Part shown: in pieces, positions 1-10,352 of the stretch | Layout: each line of letters begins with the position of its first letter | Numbering within the stretch: position 1 is the first letter of the stretch | Source: Escherichia phage ManiMatter_Bas94 | Sequence record: PQ850617.1 | Direction: 5' to 3' (one strand) | DNA: 64,000 nt | Notes under the pieces: model-generated | Told to the model about the DNA's origin: nothing | Database searches by the model: none | What the model saw: only the letters and a program-made list of their open reading frames with translations | Made by a program: the position numbers and the translations under genes

Positions 1-1542
1 ATGTCATTAGATAAACAAATTTATGAAGCTCTAACTGGTAACAACCTTAGTGTAGACGAAAAGAAAGCACTATTGAATATGTTGAAAGAGCGTGACCAAT
101 GGAGGAAGTATAATAAGATTTTGTCTTTCAAGGCGTATGACTTCCAAAAGAAATTTTATGCAGCAGGATTGAAGCATCGCTTCAGATTCTTGTGTGCAGC
201 GAACCGTGTTGGTAAATCTTATAGCGAGGCATACGAGTTTGCTTGTCATGTCACAGGTCGCTACCCAACTTGGTGGACAGGGTATAAATTTAAAAGACCT
301 ATCTTAGCATGGGCAGTTGGTATTACAGGGGATTCAACAAGGAAGGTATTGCAAAAGGAGTTGTTTGGTACACCTATCGGAAAGGATACAAATTTATTAG
401 GGACAGGTGTCATTCCTCGTGATGCTATCGTCATTGATACGATAGAACGAGATGGTAACAAACTTCAAATCGTACAAATCAAACATCAAAATGAGAGAGG
501 AGAATTTGACGGTTTAAGTACATTAGAATTCCGTTCAACCCAACAGGGTGAACACACATTGATGGGTGCAACAGTTGACTACATTTGGTTAGACGAGGAA
601 GACCCATACGAGTCTATGGCTATATTCGCACAGTGCGTCACACGTACACTCACAACTAAAGGTCTAGTTACAATTACAGCTACACCAGAGAATGGTTTAA
701 CTGAACTGGTAGATAAATTTATGAAAGGTGAAGGGGATGAGAGCACAGGTTCTCTATATTTCCAGAATGCTTCTTGGTGGGATGCTCATGTAGACCTAGG
801 TGGACACATCACTGACCAAGATATAAAAGATATGACTGAAGGTATTCCAGCGTGGCAGTTAGAGATGCGTTCAAAAGGTATGCCATTGTTAGGAAGTGGT
901 TTGATTTATGATATATCGGATGACATAATTAAATGTGAACCATTCGAAATTCCTGATACGTGGAAACGTGTCTGTGCAATTGATATTGGTATTGATCACC
1001 CAACTGCTGCTGTTTGGACAGCTTACGACGCAAACACGGATACTATCTATGTCTACGACTCATATAAAGAAGGTGGCTTTACTCCAGTGTATCATGCTCC
1101 AGCTATTAATGGTCGTGGTCAGTGGATTCCTGTCATCCTGCCGCATGATGCGGACAATATTGAGAAAGGTAGTGGTTCATCTGTTGCTCAATTCTATAAG
1201 AATGCAGGGGTTAATGTACAGAGTGAGACCTTCTACAACAAAATTGGAATGGATGGTAAAAAGAACTTCTTTGTAGAACCGGGAATCACAGATATCCGAG
1301 AAAGAATGATGAGTGGACGCTTTAAAATCTTTAACACAGCCGCTAACGCTAAGCTATTCGAAGAGAAAGCTAGATATCACCGTAAGGTTGGTAAGATTAT
1401 TAAAGAACACGATGACTTAATGGATGCAATGCGCTATTCAGCGTGTTCCGTTACACATCGTGGTCGCTCTAAGCATGATGCTAGCTACGGAAGCGCTTCT
1501 TTGTATGAGGCAAACGTAAGCAGATGGAATCAGAGCTACTAA
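1..1542 (+). CDS. terL: Terminase large subunit
   Basis: 513-aa ORF starting at window position 1 (may be N-terminally incomplete); Walker A-like RVGKSYS; first gene of late block, followed by portal-sized gene. Confidence 0.85.
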   Translation: MSLDKQIYEALTGNNLSVDEKKALLNMLKERDQWRKYNKILSFKAYDFQKKFYAAGLKHRFRFLCAANRVGKSYSEAYEFACHVTGRYPTWWTGYKFKRPILAWAVGITGDSTRKVLQKELFGTPIGKDTNLLGTGVIPRDAIVIDTIERDGNKLQIVQIKHQNERGEFDGLSTLEFRSTQQGEHTLMGATVDYIWLDEEDPYESMAIFAQCVTRTLTTKGLVTITATPENGLTELVDKFMKGEGDESTGSLYFQNASWWDAHVDLGGHITDQDIKDMTEGIPAWQLEMRSKGMPLLGSGLIYDISDDIIKCEPFEIPDTWKRVCAIDIGIDHPTAAVWTAYDANTDTIYVYDSYKEGGFTPVYHAPAINGRGQWIPVILPHDADNIEKGSGSSVAQFYKNAGVNVQSETFYNKIGMDGKKNFFVEPGITDIRERMMSGRFKIFNTAANAKLFEEKARYHRKVGKIIKEHDDLMDAMRYSACSVTHRGRSKHDASYGSASLYEANVSRWNQSY

Positions 1543-1545
1543 AGT

Positions 1546-1575
1546 AAGGGGAGGTTTGTCCTCCCTTCTTTTATT
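1546..1575 (+). terminator. Stem-loop plus T-run between terL and portal (possible attenuator)
   Basis: GGGGAGG-TTTGT-CCTCCC hairpin followed by TTCTTTTATTT. Confidence 0.4.
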
Positions 1576-1602
1576 TAAGCTATCAACCGAGGGAGAGAAT
1601 AG

Positions 1603-3846
1603 ATGGCTAAGCAAAAATATAGTGAAGAGGTGTTGGACGAGTTACGTGTTGACCTTCAACGTCGTTTTAATTACGCTCAAGGTTACGTTGACATGGCTGT
1701 TAAGGGCTATGCTCGTGAAGCTTGGGAATATTTCTATGGTAACTTACCTGCACCAGTAACTGCTGGCAGCTCTAGTTGGGTAGATCGTACTGTTTGGGAG
1801 TCTGTTAACGGTACACTGCAAGATATTATTAACGTATTCTGTTCTGGTGATGAAGCAGTTATTTTCGTAGCTGATAACCAACAGGATTCTGATGCTGCTG
1901 ACGTAGCAACTAAATTAGTTAATCAAATTCTTCTGCGTGATAATCCGGGATACAACATTATCTCTTCTGCTGCACAAGAATGTCTGGTTACTCGTAACTC
2001 TTTTATCAAATATTATTGGGATGAGCACACTTCTACTCAAACTGAAGAAGCTGAAGGTGTACCACCGGAGGCATTGGCTGCATATGTTCAGGGATTAGAA
2101 GCTGGTGGACTCAAGAATCTGGAAATCTTCACTGAAGAAAATGAAGATGGTACAGTTGATGTTAAAGTTACTTATGAACAAACTGTTAAACGTGTGAAAG
2201 TTGAATATGTTCCTTCAGAGCAAATCTTTGTTGACGAACATGCTACCTCTTTTGCAGATGCACAATACTTCTGTCATCGTGTACGTCGTTCTAAAGAAGA
2301 TCTGGTTGCTATGGGCTTCCCTAAAGATGAGATTGAAGCATTCAACGACTGGACAGATACGATGGATACTACTCAATCTACAGTTGCTTGGTCTCGTACT
2401 GACTGGCGTCAGGATATTGATGCTGACATTGGTACAGATACCGAAGATATCGCTTCTATGGTTTGGGTTTATGAGCACTACATCCGTACTGGTGTTCTAG
2501 ATAAGAATAAAGAGTCTAAACTCTATCAGGTTATTCAAGCTGGTGAGCATATTCTTCACACTGAAGAAGTAACTCATATTCCGTTTGTAACCTTCTGCCC
2601 ATATCCGATTCCGGGTTCCTTCTATGGTCAGTCAGTCTATGACATTACGAAAGATATTCAGGATTTACGTACCGCGTTAGTTCGTGGTTATATTGATAAC
2701 GTCAACAATGCTAACTATGGTCGATACAAAGCACTCGTTGGTGCATACGATCGTCGCTCTCTGCTTGATAATCGTCCCGGTGGAGTGGTTGAAATGGAAC
2801 GTCAGGACGCTATTGACCTGTTCCCATACCATAACCTACCTCAAGGTATTGATGGCCTCCTAGGTATGTCTGAGGAGCTTAAAGAGACACGTACTGGTGT
2901 AACTAAACTTGGCATGGGTATTAACCCTGATGTGTTTAAGAATGATAACGCTTATGCAACCGTAGGCTTGATGATGAATGCTGCACAGAACCGTCTCCGT
3001 ATGGTATGTCGTAATATTGCTCACAACGGCATGGTTGAATTGATGCGTGGTATTTACAACCTTGTCAGAGAAAACGGTGAAGTTCCTATTGAGGTACAAA
3101 CCCCTCGCGGTATGGTTCAGGTAAATCCGAAACAATTACCAGCTCGTCACAATCTTCAAGTTGTTGTAGCTATCTCTCCTAATGAGAAAGCAGAACGTGC
3201 ACAGAAACTGATTAGCTTGAAACAGCTGATTGCAGCAGATGCACAGTTAGCACCTCTCTTTGGTTTGGAGCAAGACCGTTACATGACTGCACAGATCTTT
3301 GAGTTGATGGGTATTAAGGACACTCATAAGTACTTACTGCCTCTGGAACAGTATCAGCCTCCTGAGCCGTCTCCGATGGAAATCCTCCAGCTCGAGATGA
3401 CTAAAGCACAGGTTGAGAATGTACAGGCTTCCTCTCAGAAAATGATTGCTGATGCATTCGACCAACGTGAACGTACTACATTTGAACAGCAGAGAGCTGC
3501 GGATGAGTTAAGTCTGCGTCAGGAAGAGTTGCAGTTCAAGCAAGAAAATGCAGCAGATGCTATGACTCTGGAAAACCGTAAAGAAGATAACAATGCAACT
3601 CTGGAACAAGCTAAGCACAAGTTAGCTCTTATGCAACAGCAGGTCCGTCAGTATGAGTCTGTACTGAAAGAATTGCAGATGGTTATGGAGCATCAGGTAG
3701 ACCAAGAGAAGATTGTTCAGCAATTTCGTGTTCAGGATAAAACTCTGGAACTCCAAAAGAAAGAAGCTAATGTAACTAAGAAAGAGCAACAAGCCTCTCT
3801 CAAAGATTCACGGATTCCAGGCAAACGTCTTGGAAGTAAAAAGTAA
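1603..3846 (+). CDS. Portal protein (putative)
   Basis: 747 aa, directly downstream of terL, RBS GAGGGAGAG; long coiled-coil-like C-terminus; call by size and synteny. Confidence 0.7.
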   Translation: MAKQKYSEEVLDELRVDLQRRFNYAQGYVDMAVKGYAREAWEYFYGNLPAPVTAGSSSWVDRTVWESVNGTLQDIINVFCSGDEAVIFVADNQQDSDAADVATKLVNQILLRDNPGYNIISSAAQECLVTRNSFIKYYWDEHTSTQTEEAEGVPPEALAAYVQGLEAGGLKNLEIFTEENEDGTVDVKVTYEQTVKRVKVEYVPSEQIFVDEHATSFADAQYFCHRVRRSKEDLVAMGFPKDEIEAFNDWTDTMDTTQSTVAWSRTDWRQDIDADIGTDTEDIASMVWVYEHYIRTGVLDKNKESKLYQVIQAGEHILHTEEVTHIPFVTFCPYPIPGSFYGQSVYDITKDIQDLRTALVRGYIDNVNNANYGRYKALVGAYDRRSLLDNRPGGVVEMERQDAIDLFPYHNLPQGIDGLLGMSEELKETRTGVTKLGMGINPDVFKNDNAYATVGLMMNAAQNRLRMVCRNIAHNGMVELMRGIYNLVRENGEVPIEVQTPRGMVQVNPKQLPARHNLQVVVAISPNEKAERAQKLISLKQLIAADAQLAPLFGLEQDRYMTAQIFELMGIKDTHKYLLPLEQYQPPEPSPMEILQLEMTKAQVENVQASSQKMIADAFDQRERTTFEQQRAADELSLRQEELQFKQENAADAMTLENRKEDNNATLEQAKHKLALMQQQVRQYESVLKELQMVMEHQVDQEKIVQQFRVQDKTLELQKKEANVTKKEQQASLKDSRIPGKRLGSKK

Positions 3847-3855
3847 GGACGTCGA

Positions 3856-4092
3856 ATGAACATTAGGCATCAATTCAATAAAGAGCACGCCGCCGCTTTG
3901 GCGGCTCTCAACCTTAACGGCAGTCTTGACGCAGCATTAGAGGCATTGAAAGAGAGACTCATGACAGAAATAGTTCAAACTGAACCTCATGAGAATAAGA
4001 AACGCGAAGATTGTTATCAAAAGTATAAAATGGTGGGTAGCTTAAAAGAGGTCATAAAAGCTGCTATCAATAGTGCAGGAGATGTTTCATAA
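3856..4092 (+). CDS. Hypothetical protein
   Basis: 78-aa ORF in operon between portal and scaffold; stop overlaps next start. Confidence 0.4.
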   Translation: MNIRHQFNKEHAAALAALNLNGSLDAALEALKERLMTEIVQTEPHENKKREDCYQKYKMVGSLKEVIKAAINSAGDVS

Positions 4093-5177
4093 TGCCACAA
4101 GATAATTATATTGACCCGAACGATTTTAAATCTTTCCTCCAACTGGATGACCTGAAGGGTTCTTTCAAAGAAGAACTTGGTCGATTAGAATCTGAACAAG
4201 AACCAGAAGTGGACATTGACGATGAGTTCCCGGAAAAAGACGGTGACGATTTCGACTTTGATACCGACCTTCTCGGTGAAAGCAATGAGCTTAAGTTCGA
4301 AGATGAAGATGGTTGGGAAGATCGTGATGAGGAAGGCGAAGTCGAAGAAGATGGGGACAACTCTGACGAAGGTGATGAAAACACTGAAGTAGAAGAGGAA
4401 GACTCAAGCGATGCAGGATATGAAGATGATTCTGCTGACGGTGAAGGTGAAGTCTTTGATGTAGACTATGAAACCGTTATCACCCTTCCTGATGGACGTG
4501 AGATGACTATTGAAGAACTCTCCAATGGCTATCTTACTGGTGCTGATATGGCTGAACGTGAAACTACTCTTCAGCGTCACATGGAAGCATTTGAGGAACG
4601 TGTAGTAGGTTTGAAGGATGTATTAGAATTAGCGTCTTTAGAAGCAGACCGAGTAATTGAAGATTACAACGGTTTTGATTGGGACAAGCTTGCAGTAGAA
4701 GATCCTCAAGCATATGTTGAAAACAAACGTTTCCTAGAGAAGTATACAGCTCGTCGTAACCAGCTTGAACAGGCTCAGATCCGTATTAAGCAGGAAGCAG
4801 CAGCTAAAGAGCAGGAAGCTTTCCAAGCCAAGAGCATTGAATGTGTTAATATTCTGAAACGTGAGATTCCAAATTGGGATGAAAACTTATATCAAAACTT
4901 AATGCAATACGCAATTGACTTAGGTGCTACTGAAGAAGAAGTATTGAAGGAAAACCGTCCGTCTATTTTCCTAGCCCTTCACAAAGCATACCAATTTGAT
5001 AAAGGTAAGCAGCAGGTGATGGCTAAGATTAAACGTCCCGGTGCTCCACGCAAGGTTGTGAAGTCTGATGCTGCAAAGTCTCGCACTTCCAATAAGCCAG
5101 ACAACGCTAAGGTTGCCAAGGCATTCGCAGAGGGTCGCGTTAGTCACGAAGACGCATTCAAATTCCTCGTAGATTAA
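4092..5177 (+). CDS. Scaffolding protein (putative)
   Basis: 361 aa, extremely acidic D/E-rich N-terminal half, helical C-terminal half, immediately upstream of capsid gene. Confidence 0.55.
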   Translation: MPQDNYIDPNDFKSFLQLDDLKGSFKEELGRLESEQEPEVDIDDEFPEKDGDDFDFDTDLLGESNELKFEDEDGWEDRDEEGEVEEDGDNSDEGDENTEVEEEDSSDAGYEDDSADGEGEVFDVDYETVITLPDGREMTIEELSNGYLTGADMAERETTLQRHMEAFEERVVGLKDVLELASLEADRVIEDYNGFDWDKLAVEDPQAYVENKRFLEKYTARRNQLEQAQIRIKQEAAAKEQEAFQAKSIECVNILKREIPNWDENLYQNLMQYAIDLGATEEEVLKENRPSIFLALHKAYQFDKGKQQVMAKIKRPGAPRKVVKSDAAKSRTSNKPDNAKVAKAFAEGRVSHEDAFKFLVD

Positions 5178-5218
5178 TCGACAAATTAATTATTTAATAG
5201 TATAGGAGCTAACATAAC

Positions 5219-6280
5219 ATGGCTAATCCAACTTTATTTGTATCGTATGACCAGAATGGTAAAAAACTTTCTTTTGCTAACTGGATTTCTGTTCTGTCCC
5301 CTCAGGATACCCCGTTCGTATCTATGACCGGTAAAGAGTCTATCAACCAGACTATCTTTAGCTGGCAGACCGATGCATTGGCAAGCGTTGACGCTAATAA
5401 CGCACACGTTGAAGGTTCTCGTGCGGTTGATGGTGAAATGCAACCTACCGTAATTAAATCCAACGTTACTCAGATTCTGCGTAAGGTTGTTAAAGTTTCT
5501 GATACCGCTAACACCACCGCTAACTACGGTCGTGGTCGTGAACTGATGTATCAGCTGGAGAAGAAAGGTAAAGAGATCAAGCGTGACCTCGAGAAAATCC
5601 TTCTGTCCGGTCAGGCTCGTACCGACGTGCTGGCTGACCAGTACTTGACTAACTCTGCAACTGATCCTACAGCTGTTGGTCTGAACGACACCCACGCAGC
5701 TCGTAAGACTGGTGCATTCCAGTTCCTGTGTGCACACAACGGTGTTTCTGCTGGTGTTGTTAAGAAAGAAAATGGCCCTGCTGATCCGGATACTGGTGCA
5801 GTAACTGTTAAAGTTGCACAGAACGCTTCTAACCCGACCACTAACGTTGGTTTTGATGAAGCTGATATCTTTGATATGACTCTGCAACTGTACACCGCTG
5901 GTTCTGAAGCAGACATCATCATGATTAACCCGGCTCATGCTAAGATCTTCGCTGGTCTGCAAGAAAACACTCAGGGTTCACGTAAGCGTATCTTTGAGAA
6001 CACCAAGCAGTTCATCTACGAAGTTAACAGCATCACTGACCCGCTGGGCCAGAACTACAAAATCATCGTTAACCGTTGGATGCCTACCGATGCAGTTTAC
6101 TTCTTCCGTAGCGCTGACTGGACTCAGATGGTCCTGCGTGCTCCGAAACGTACTGAACTGGCAAAAGATGGTTCTTATGAGAAGTGGATGATTGAAATGG
6201 AAGTTGGTCTGCGTCACCGCAACCCTTATGCTTCCGGAGTTCTGTTCACTGCTGCGGGAAAGTTGGATCCGCAACAGTAG
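5219..6280 (+). CDS. Major capsid protein
   Basis: 353 aa, AGGAG RBS, canonical position after scaffold; followed by frameshift-linked Ig-like ORF. Confidence 0.7.
   Translation: MANPTLFVSYDQNGKKLSFANWISVLSPQDTPFVSMTGKESINQTIFSWQTDALASVDANNAHVEGSRAVDGEMQPTVIKSNVTQILRKVVKVSDTANTTANYGRGRELMYQLEKKGKEIKRDLEKILLSGQARTDVLADQYLTNSATDPTAVGLNDTHAARKTGAFQFLCAHNGVSAGVVKKENGPADPDTGAVTVKVAQNASNPTTNVGFDEADIFDMTLQLYTAGSEADIIMINPAHAKIFAGLQENTQGSRKRIFENTKQFIYEVNSITDPLGQNYKIIVNRWMPTDAVYFFRSADWTQMVLRAPKRTELAKDGSYEKWMIEMEVGLRHRNPYASGVLFTAAGKLDPQQ
6256..6262 (+). promoter_or_regulatory. Candidate -1 ribosomal frameshift slippery heptamer G_GGA_AAG
   Basis: Heptamer read as GGA AAG in capsid frame, 19 nt before capsid stop; the -1 frame is open from here through the Ig-like ORF. 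Confidence 0.5.
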
Positions 6281-6285
6281 ACAGT

Positions 6286-6798
6286 GTGACTGTTAGCCCT
6301 GCGTCTGTAGAAAGTCTAGAGACAGGGGCTACTCAGCAGTTTACTGCAAGCGCTGAGAAGAGTGACGGCTCTACCGAAACAACTGGCTTTACTTGGTCAG
6401 TAACAGGAGGCGGTTCTATCACTCAGTCTGGTTTGTATACTGCTCCGAGTGCGGCTCAATCCACTGATGTATCCATTACTGCGACTTTAGAGGGTGTTTC
6501 TGGTACAGCAACCATTTCTGAAATTGTTGATCCTGCCCCTACTATTGTAGCTAAGGGTCCAATTACAGGTAAAACTGGTGGTTCTTCCACTAACTTCACT
6601 ACCATGTTTACTGTAACTAATTCTACTGCTGCGGATTACACGTTTGTTGTAACCCCTACAGAAGCTGGTACAGTAAGCGCCGCTGGTGCGTTAACCTTAG
6701 ATGATGCTGCAAGTGGCGAAGTTACTGTTCAAGCAAGTTTGACAGCTGACCCGTCCATCAATGCAACATGCACTTTTACTGGTGTAACACCTGCTTAA
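6286..6798 (+). CDS. Ig-like (Big_2-type) domain; probable C-terminal extension of capsid protein
   Basis: 170-aa ORF in -1 frame relative to capsid gene, GTG as first possible start with no SD; Thr/Ser-rich beta-sandwich-like sequence (TGATQQFTASAEKSDGS...GLYTA). Confidence 0.6.
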   Translation: MTVSPASVESLETGATQQFTASAEKSDGSTETTGFTWSVTGGGSITQSGLYTAPSAAQSTDVSITATLEGVSGTATISEIVDPAPTIVAKGPITGKTGGSSTNFTTMFTVTNSTAADYTFVVTPTEAGTVSAAGALTLDDAASGEVTVQASLTADPSINATCTFTGVTPA

Positions 6799-6805
6799 AA
6801 TTAGA

Positions 6806-6835
6806 CCCTGCCTTCGGGCGGGGTTTTTTCGTTTT
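6806..6835 (+). terminator. Rho-independent terminator after capsid/Ig unit
   Basis: CCCTGCC-TTCG-GGCGGGG hairpin followed by TTTTTTCGTTTT. Confidence 0.7.
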
Positions 6836-6857
6836 AAGACCTATACAAGCCAGCGTG

Positions 6858-6866
6858 TAATGTATA
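6858..6866 (+). promoter_or_regulatory. TAATGTATA promoter motif (phage sigma-dependent, putative)
   Basis: Exact TAATGTATA 34 nt upstream of ATG at 6900; same motif recurs at similar spacing before other genes. Confidence 0.55.
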
Positions 6867-6899
6867 TTCTTTGTCTACATATAACAAGGAGGACAACCT

Positions 6900-7652
6900 A
6901 TGGCAATGCCAGATGTTCAATACCCCATCAATACCTATGGGTGGCTAAAGAAGGCCGTGGCCCTCTGGGCAGATAGGGACGATGATGAATTTGTTAATCA
7001 AATTCCAAACTTTATTAACTTTGCAGAGAAAGAGATTTATCGTAACTTACGTATCCCTCCTCTGGAAAAAGAAGTGTATTTAGATATTAAAGATGGAGTA
7101 GCTTACATTCCTCCTGATTACTTAGAAGCTCAATGGATGATGAGAGCCAAAGATGGTACAATCTTCCAAGTAACATCTCCTGAAGAGATTAGCTATCGTA
7201 GACAGCACGGAACAATTAATCCATCTCATTGGAATAACCAACCTGTTAACTTTGCTCGTTTCGGTAGTCGTTTCATTTTCTACCCTAGCATCGAAGCAGA
7301 TACTCCGTACTACCCTGATGATGGAAGCCCTTTGATTCCAGCAGAAAACTCAGTGATTCTTAGTTATTATGCAGACCCACCGGAGTTCCATGAAGATACA
7401 GACACTAGTGCTATTCTTACTATCGCACCAGAGCTTCTTCTGTATTTCACCCTACGTCATGCTTGTCTGTTTGTTCAAGATGATAACGGTGTTCAGAAAT
7501 GGTCAGCATTAGGAAAAGCTATCCTTGATGAAATGGTAGAACAGAATAAGAAACAAGAGTACTCAGGTTCACCTATCGCAATTCCGAATAACATGACCCG
7601 ACTTCAGAGCAGCTTGCCTGATATTTATGGTATTCGTACTTCTCGTGTATAA
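6900..7652 (+). CDS. Virion structural protein (head-tail adaptor candidate)
   Basis: 250-aa ORF, GGAGG RBS, first gene after capsid terminator/promoter. Confidence 0.4.
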   Translation: MAMPDVQYPINTYGWLKKAVALWADRDDDEFVNQIPNFINFAEKEIYRNLRIPPLEKEVYLDIKDGVAYIPPDYLEAQWMMRAKDGTIFQVTSPEEISYRRQHGTINPSHWNNQPVNFARFGSRFIFYPSIEADTPYYPDDGSPLIPAENSVILSYYADPPEFHEDTDTSAILTIAPELLLYFTLRHACLFVQDDNGVQKWSALGKAILDEMVEQNKKQEYSGSPIAIPNNMTRLQSSLPDIYGIRTSRV

Positions 7653-7661
7653 GGAGATAAT

Positions 7662-10310
7662 ATGATCGTTTATAATAACCAAGCACCTGATGCAGTGAAT
7701 AACGTTGGGCAGTTTGGTGCTACTGAAGGCTCTATCGGAGCTTACAAGCAAGCGGCAGAATATGCAGCTGATTCTAAGTATTGGTCACTGTTGGCAGAGG
7801 CTAAGTTTGGTACAGTTGATGACTTGATTGCTCAGGTTGAGATTCTATACAAACAAGGTGTTCTATTAAGAGAAGATATTGAAGACTTAAAACAAGACTT
7901 CATTGCACAAGATGCTCGTTTGATGAACCTCATTGCTCAAACTAACGCAGCTGTAGCTGATGCAAATAATGCAGTTGCTCTGATTAATCAGAAACTTGTA
8001 GAAGTTCAGAATCAACTCGACGTTCTGTTGGGAATGTCTGTTGACGTAACTACACTTCCTCCGGGAACTCCGGCTACTGGCTCTTTTAATCCGAACACTG
8101 GTGTAATCTCTCTGGGTATCCCAGAAGGTGATCCCGGAAAGGATGGTTCTGTTACTGACCTATCTGCTGCTCCTACCGGTACACCGGAGCTGGGGGACAT
8201 CGGTTTCTATGTTGACAAAGATGATAACATTGTTCACAAAACAACTCTCGAAGATATTGCAAACCTGATCCCATCTGTTCGTTCTGTTTCAGTTAACGAT
8301 GGCCCTGCGCTTGACGGAGAAGTTGCTCTAACGCTTAACAAAGAGACGGTAGGTTTAGGGAATGTTCTGAACGTGGCTCAGTACAGCCGCCAAGAGATTA
8401 ATGATAAGTTTGACAAAACAACTAAAACCTACCAATCGAAAGCCGAAGCTGATGCGGATGCTCAATACCGACAGGTAGGAGAAAAGGTTTTGGTGTGGGA
8501 CTCAACGAAGTATGAATTCTATACTGTTGCAGCGAATAAAACCCTTACTCCGGTTAAAACAGAAGGTCGTATCCTAACTGTTAACTCCCGTTCTCCTGAT
8601 TCAACTGGTAACATCGATATCGTAATCCCAACAGGAAACCCATCTTTGTATTTAGGGGAGATGGTAATGTTCCCTTATGACCCAGCTAAAGCTGTCTCCT
8701 ATCCGGGCATTCTTCCTGCGGACGGTCGTTTGGTGTCAAAAGAATCTGCTTTGGATTTAGGCCCATCCCTTATCAGTGGACAACTCCCTGTTGTTTCTGA
8801 AACAGAGTGGCAAGCTGGTGCTAAGCAATATTTCTCTTGGGGTAAATTAGCCGATGGCATCACTGATGCAGATTCTACTAACTATATCAATATCCGTCTT
8901 CCTGATTGGACAGGCGGTGAGGCTATTCGATCCCCTGATTCTGTAAAAGATAGTGCATATAAAGGTAATGTTCAAAGTCAGGTCCCTTATGTAGTCACTG
9001 TAAATAACCAAGCTCCTGATGAGATTACAGGTAACGTCAATATCTCCAGATCTATCTTAGGTGCTGCTGCTGCTGGTGCAAACTCTGATATAACATCTCT
9101 CGCAGGGCTTACAACAGCGCTTTCTGTCACTCAGGGTGGAACAGGTGCAAAGAATTCCAATGATGCTAAGGTAAATTTAGATTTAGACAGAATAGAGCAA
9201 GGTTCTGGAGAGACTAAGATCCTATCTCCAAATAAAGAAACCTACATGTTTGTTGATAATGACGGGTGGGGTTGTTACCGTACCACGGCTGGGTTGGTCG
9301 GTACTGTAGCTTTGTCAGTTGAGAGAGGGGGCACTGGAGCAACAGATGTTGCTAGTGCAAGAGATAATCTAGGACTTAAATCTCTTTCTACATTAGATAC
9401 TGTTCCAGTAACAAAAGGTGGGACAGGTGCTATCACTGCTGCGGAGGCTAGGTCTAATTTAGGTCTTGGTTCTGTTGCTACTCTTAGTAACGTACCAATC
9501 GCTAGTGGTGGTACAGGTGCTAGTGATGCTGCCGGTGCAAGGTTTAATTTGGGGTTGGGAAATGTTTCTACTCTGGACAACGTACCAGTTGCTAGTGGTG
9601 GTACAGGTGCTAGTGATGCTGCCGGTGCCCGAAGCAACCTCGGAGCGCTGAGTAACACTCCAGCAAACACAGGTGCAGGTAATACTGGTGCGCGAGTCCA
9701 ACATGCCACCGGAAGAGGTCTGTTTACTTTAGACATGTTTAACTGCTACTGGTATATGCAGCCAGAGGATACTAACTTCTGGGTTGCCCACGGTGTGTCA
9801 TATGCAGGGCCTAATGGCGAAGCCTCAGAGTATGGTCGTATATCTTACGCAATAAAGATTGCAGATGGAACAACAAAATATGTCCATTGTCTTACAAACA
9901 AAAACACCATCATTGATACAGGCGGATTTATCAAAGCGGCATCTCCGGTAGTTAACATTTATGCCAACGGTCGGTATGAAACGAACGATGAGTCTGAGGG
10001 GGTTAGTGTCATCCGGCAGGGTATTGGTGAATATCTGATTACCGGTTGCCTCGGTCTTAACTCTGATGCAAGATGGGGTGGGGTGGATGGGGGGTTTGAA
10101 ATCCCAACAGATCGCAACAAGCAACCTAGGATTTGGCTGGACTATGAGGTTAAAGAAGATGGTTCTATTTTAGTTAAAACCTATCACAGAACTCACCCAA
10201 CCTCTCCAGTTTTTGCTAGAAACGAGATAGAAGGTTTTTCTGATGGGGACCCTATTGATATTCCAAGTGATGCTTTTATCTCAGTTCGTGTAGAGATGCC
10301 AGCTGAGTAA
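7662..10310 (+). CDS. Tail fibre-like protein with tandem Gly-rich repeats
   Basis: 882 aa; repeated units ...VP(V/I)(A/T)(S/K)GGTGA(S/I)(D/T)AA(G/E)AR(S/F)NLGLG...; typical fibre repeat architecture. Confidence 0.6.
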   Translation: MIVYNNQAPDAVNNVGQFGATEGSIGAYKQAAEYAADSKYWSLLAEAKFGTVDDLIAQVEILYKQGVLLREDIEDLKQDFIAQDARLMNLIAQTNAAVADANNAVALINQKLVEVQNQLDVLLGMSVDVTTLPPGTPATGSFNPNTGVISLGIPEGDPGKDGSVTDLSAAPTGTPELGDIGFYVDKDDNIVHKTTLEDIANLIPSVRSVSVNDGPALDGEVALTLNKETVGLGNVLNVAQYSRQEINDKFDKTTKTYQSKAEADADAQYRQVGEKVLVWDSTKYEFYTVAANKTLTPVKTEGRILTVNSRSPDSTGNIDIVIPTGNPSLYLGEMVMFPYDPAKAVSYPGILPADGRLVSKESALDLGPSLISGQLPVVSETEWQAGAKQYFSWGKLADGITDADSTNYINIRLPDWTGGEAIRSPDSVKDSAYKGNVQSQVPYVVTVNNQAPDEITGNVNISRSILGAAAAGANSDITSLAGLTTALSVTQGGTGAKNSNDAKVNLDLDRIEQGSGETKILSPNKETYMFVDNDGWGCYRTTAGLVGTVALSVERGGTGATDVASARDNLGLKSLSTLDTVPVTKGGTGAITAAEARSNLGLGSVATLSNVPIASGGTGASDAAGARFNLGLGNVSTLDNVPVASGGTGASDAAGARSNLGALSNTPANTGAGNTGARVQHATGRGLFTLDMFNCYWYMQPEDTNFWVAHGVSYAGPNGEASEYGRISYAIKIADGTTKYVHCLTNKNTIIDTGGFIKAASPVVNIYANGRYETNDESEGVSVIRQGIGEYLITGCLGLNSDARWGGVDGGFEIPTDRNKQPRIWLDYEVKEDGSILVKTYHRTHPTSPVFARNEIEGFSDGDPIDIPSDAFISVRVEMPAE
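9491..9628 (+). repeat. Direct repeat (about 48 bp, period 90 bp) inside tail fibre gene
   Basis: cgtacca..gctagtggtggtacaggtgctagtgatgctgccggtgc occurs at 9491-9538 and 9581-9628, 38 bp identical. Confidence 0.6.
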
Positions 10311-10319
10311 ATAAAACAT

Positions 10320-10340
10320 GCTCCCTTCGGGGAGCTTTAT
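10320..10340 (+). terminator. Stem-loop (weak terminator/attenuator)
   Basis: GCTCCC-TTCG-GGGAGC followed by TTTAT, just upstream of RBS of next gene. Confidence 0.4.
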
Positions 10341-10352
10341 GGAGGATTATAA

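Noticed and set aside
5234-5962. 242-aa and 103-aa ORFs antisense to the major capsid gene
   Set aside because: Fully embedded opposite a well-supported structural gene, low-complexity translation, no RBS or promoter context; typical antisense artefact.
9275-9736. 153-aa and 81-aa ORFs antisense to the tail fibre repeat region
   Set aside because: Generated by the repetitive Gly/Ala codons of the fibre gene read on the opposite strand.
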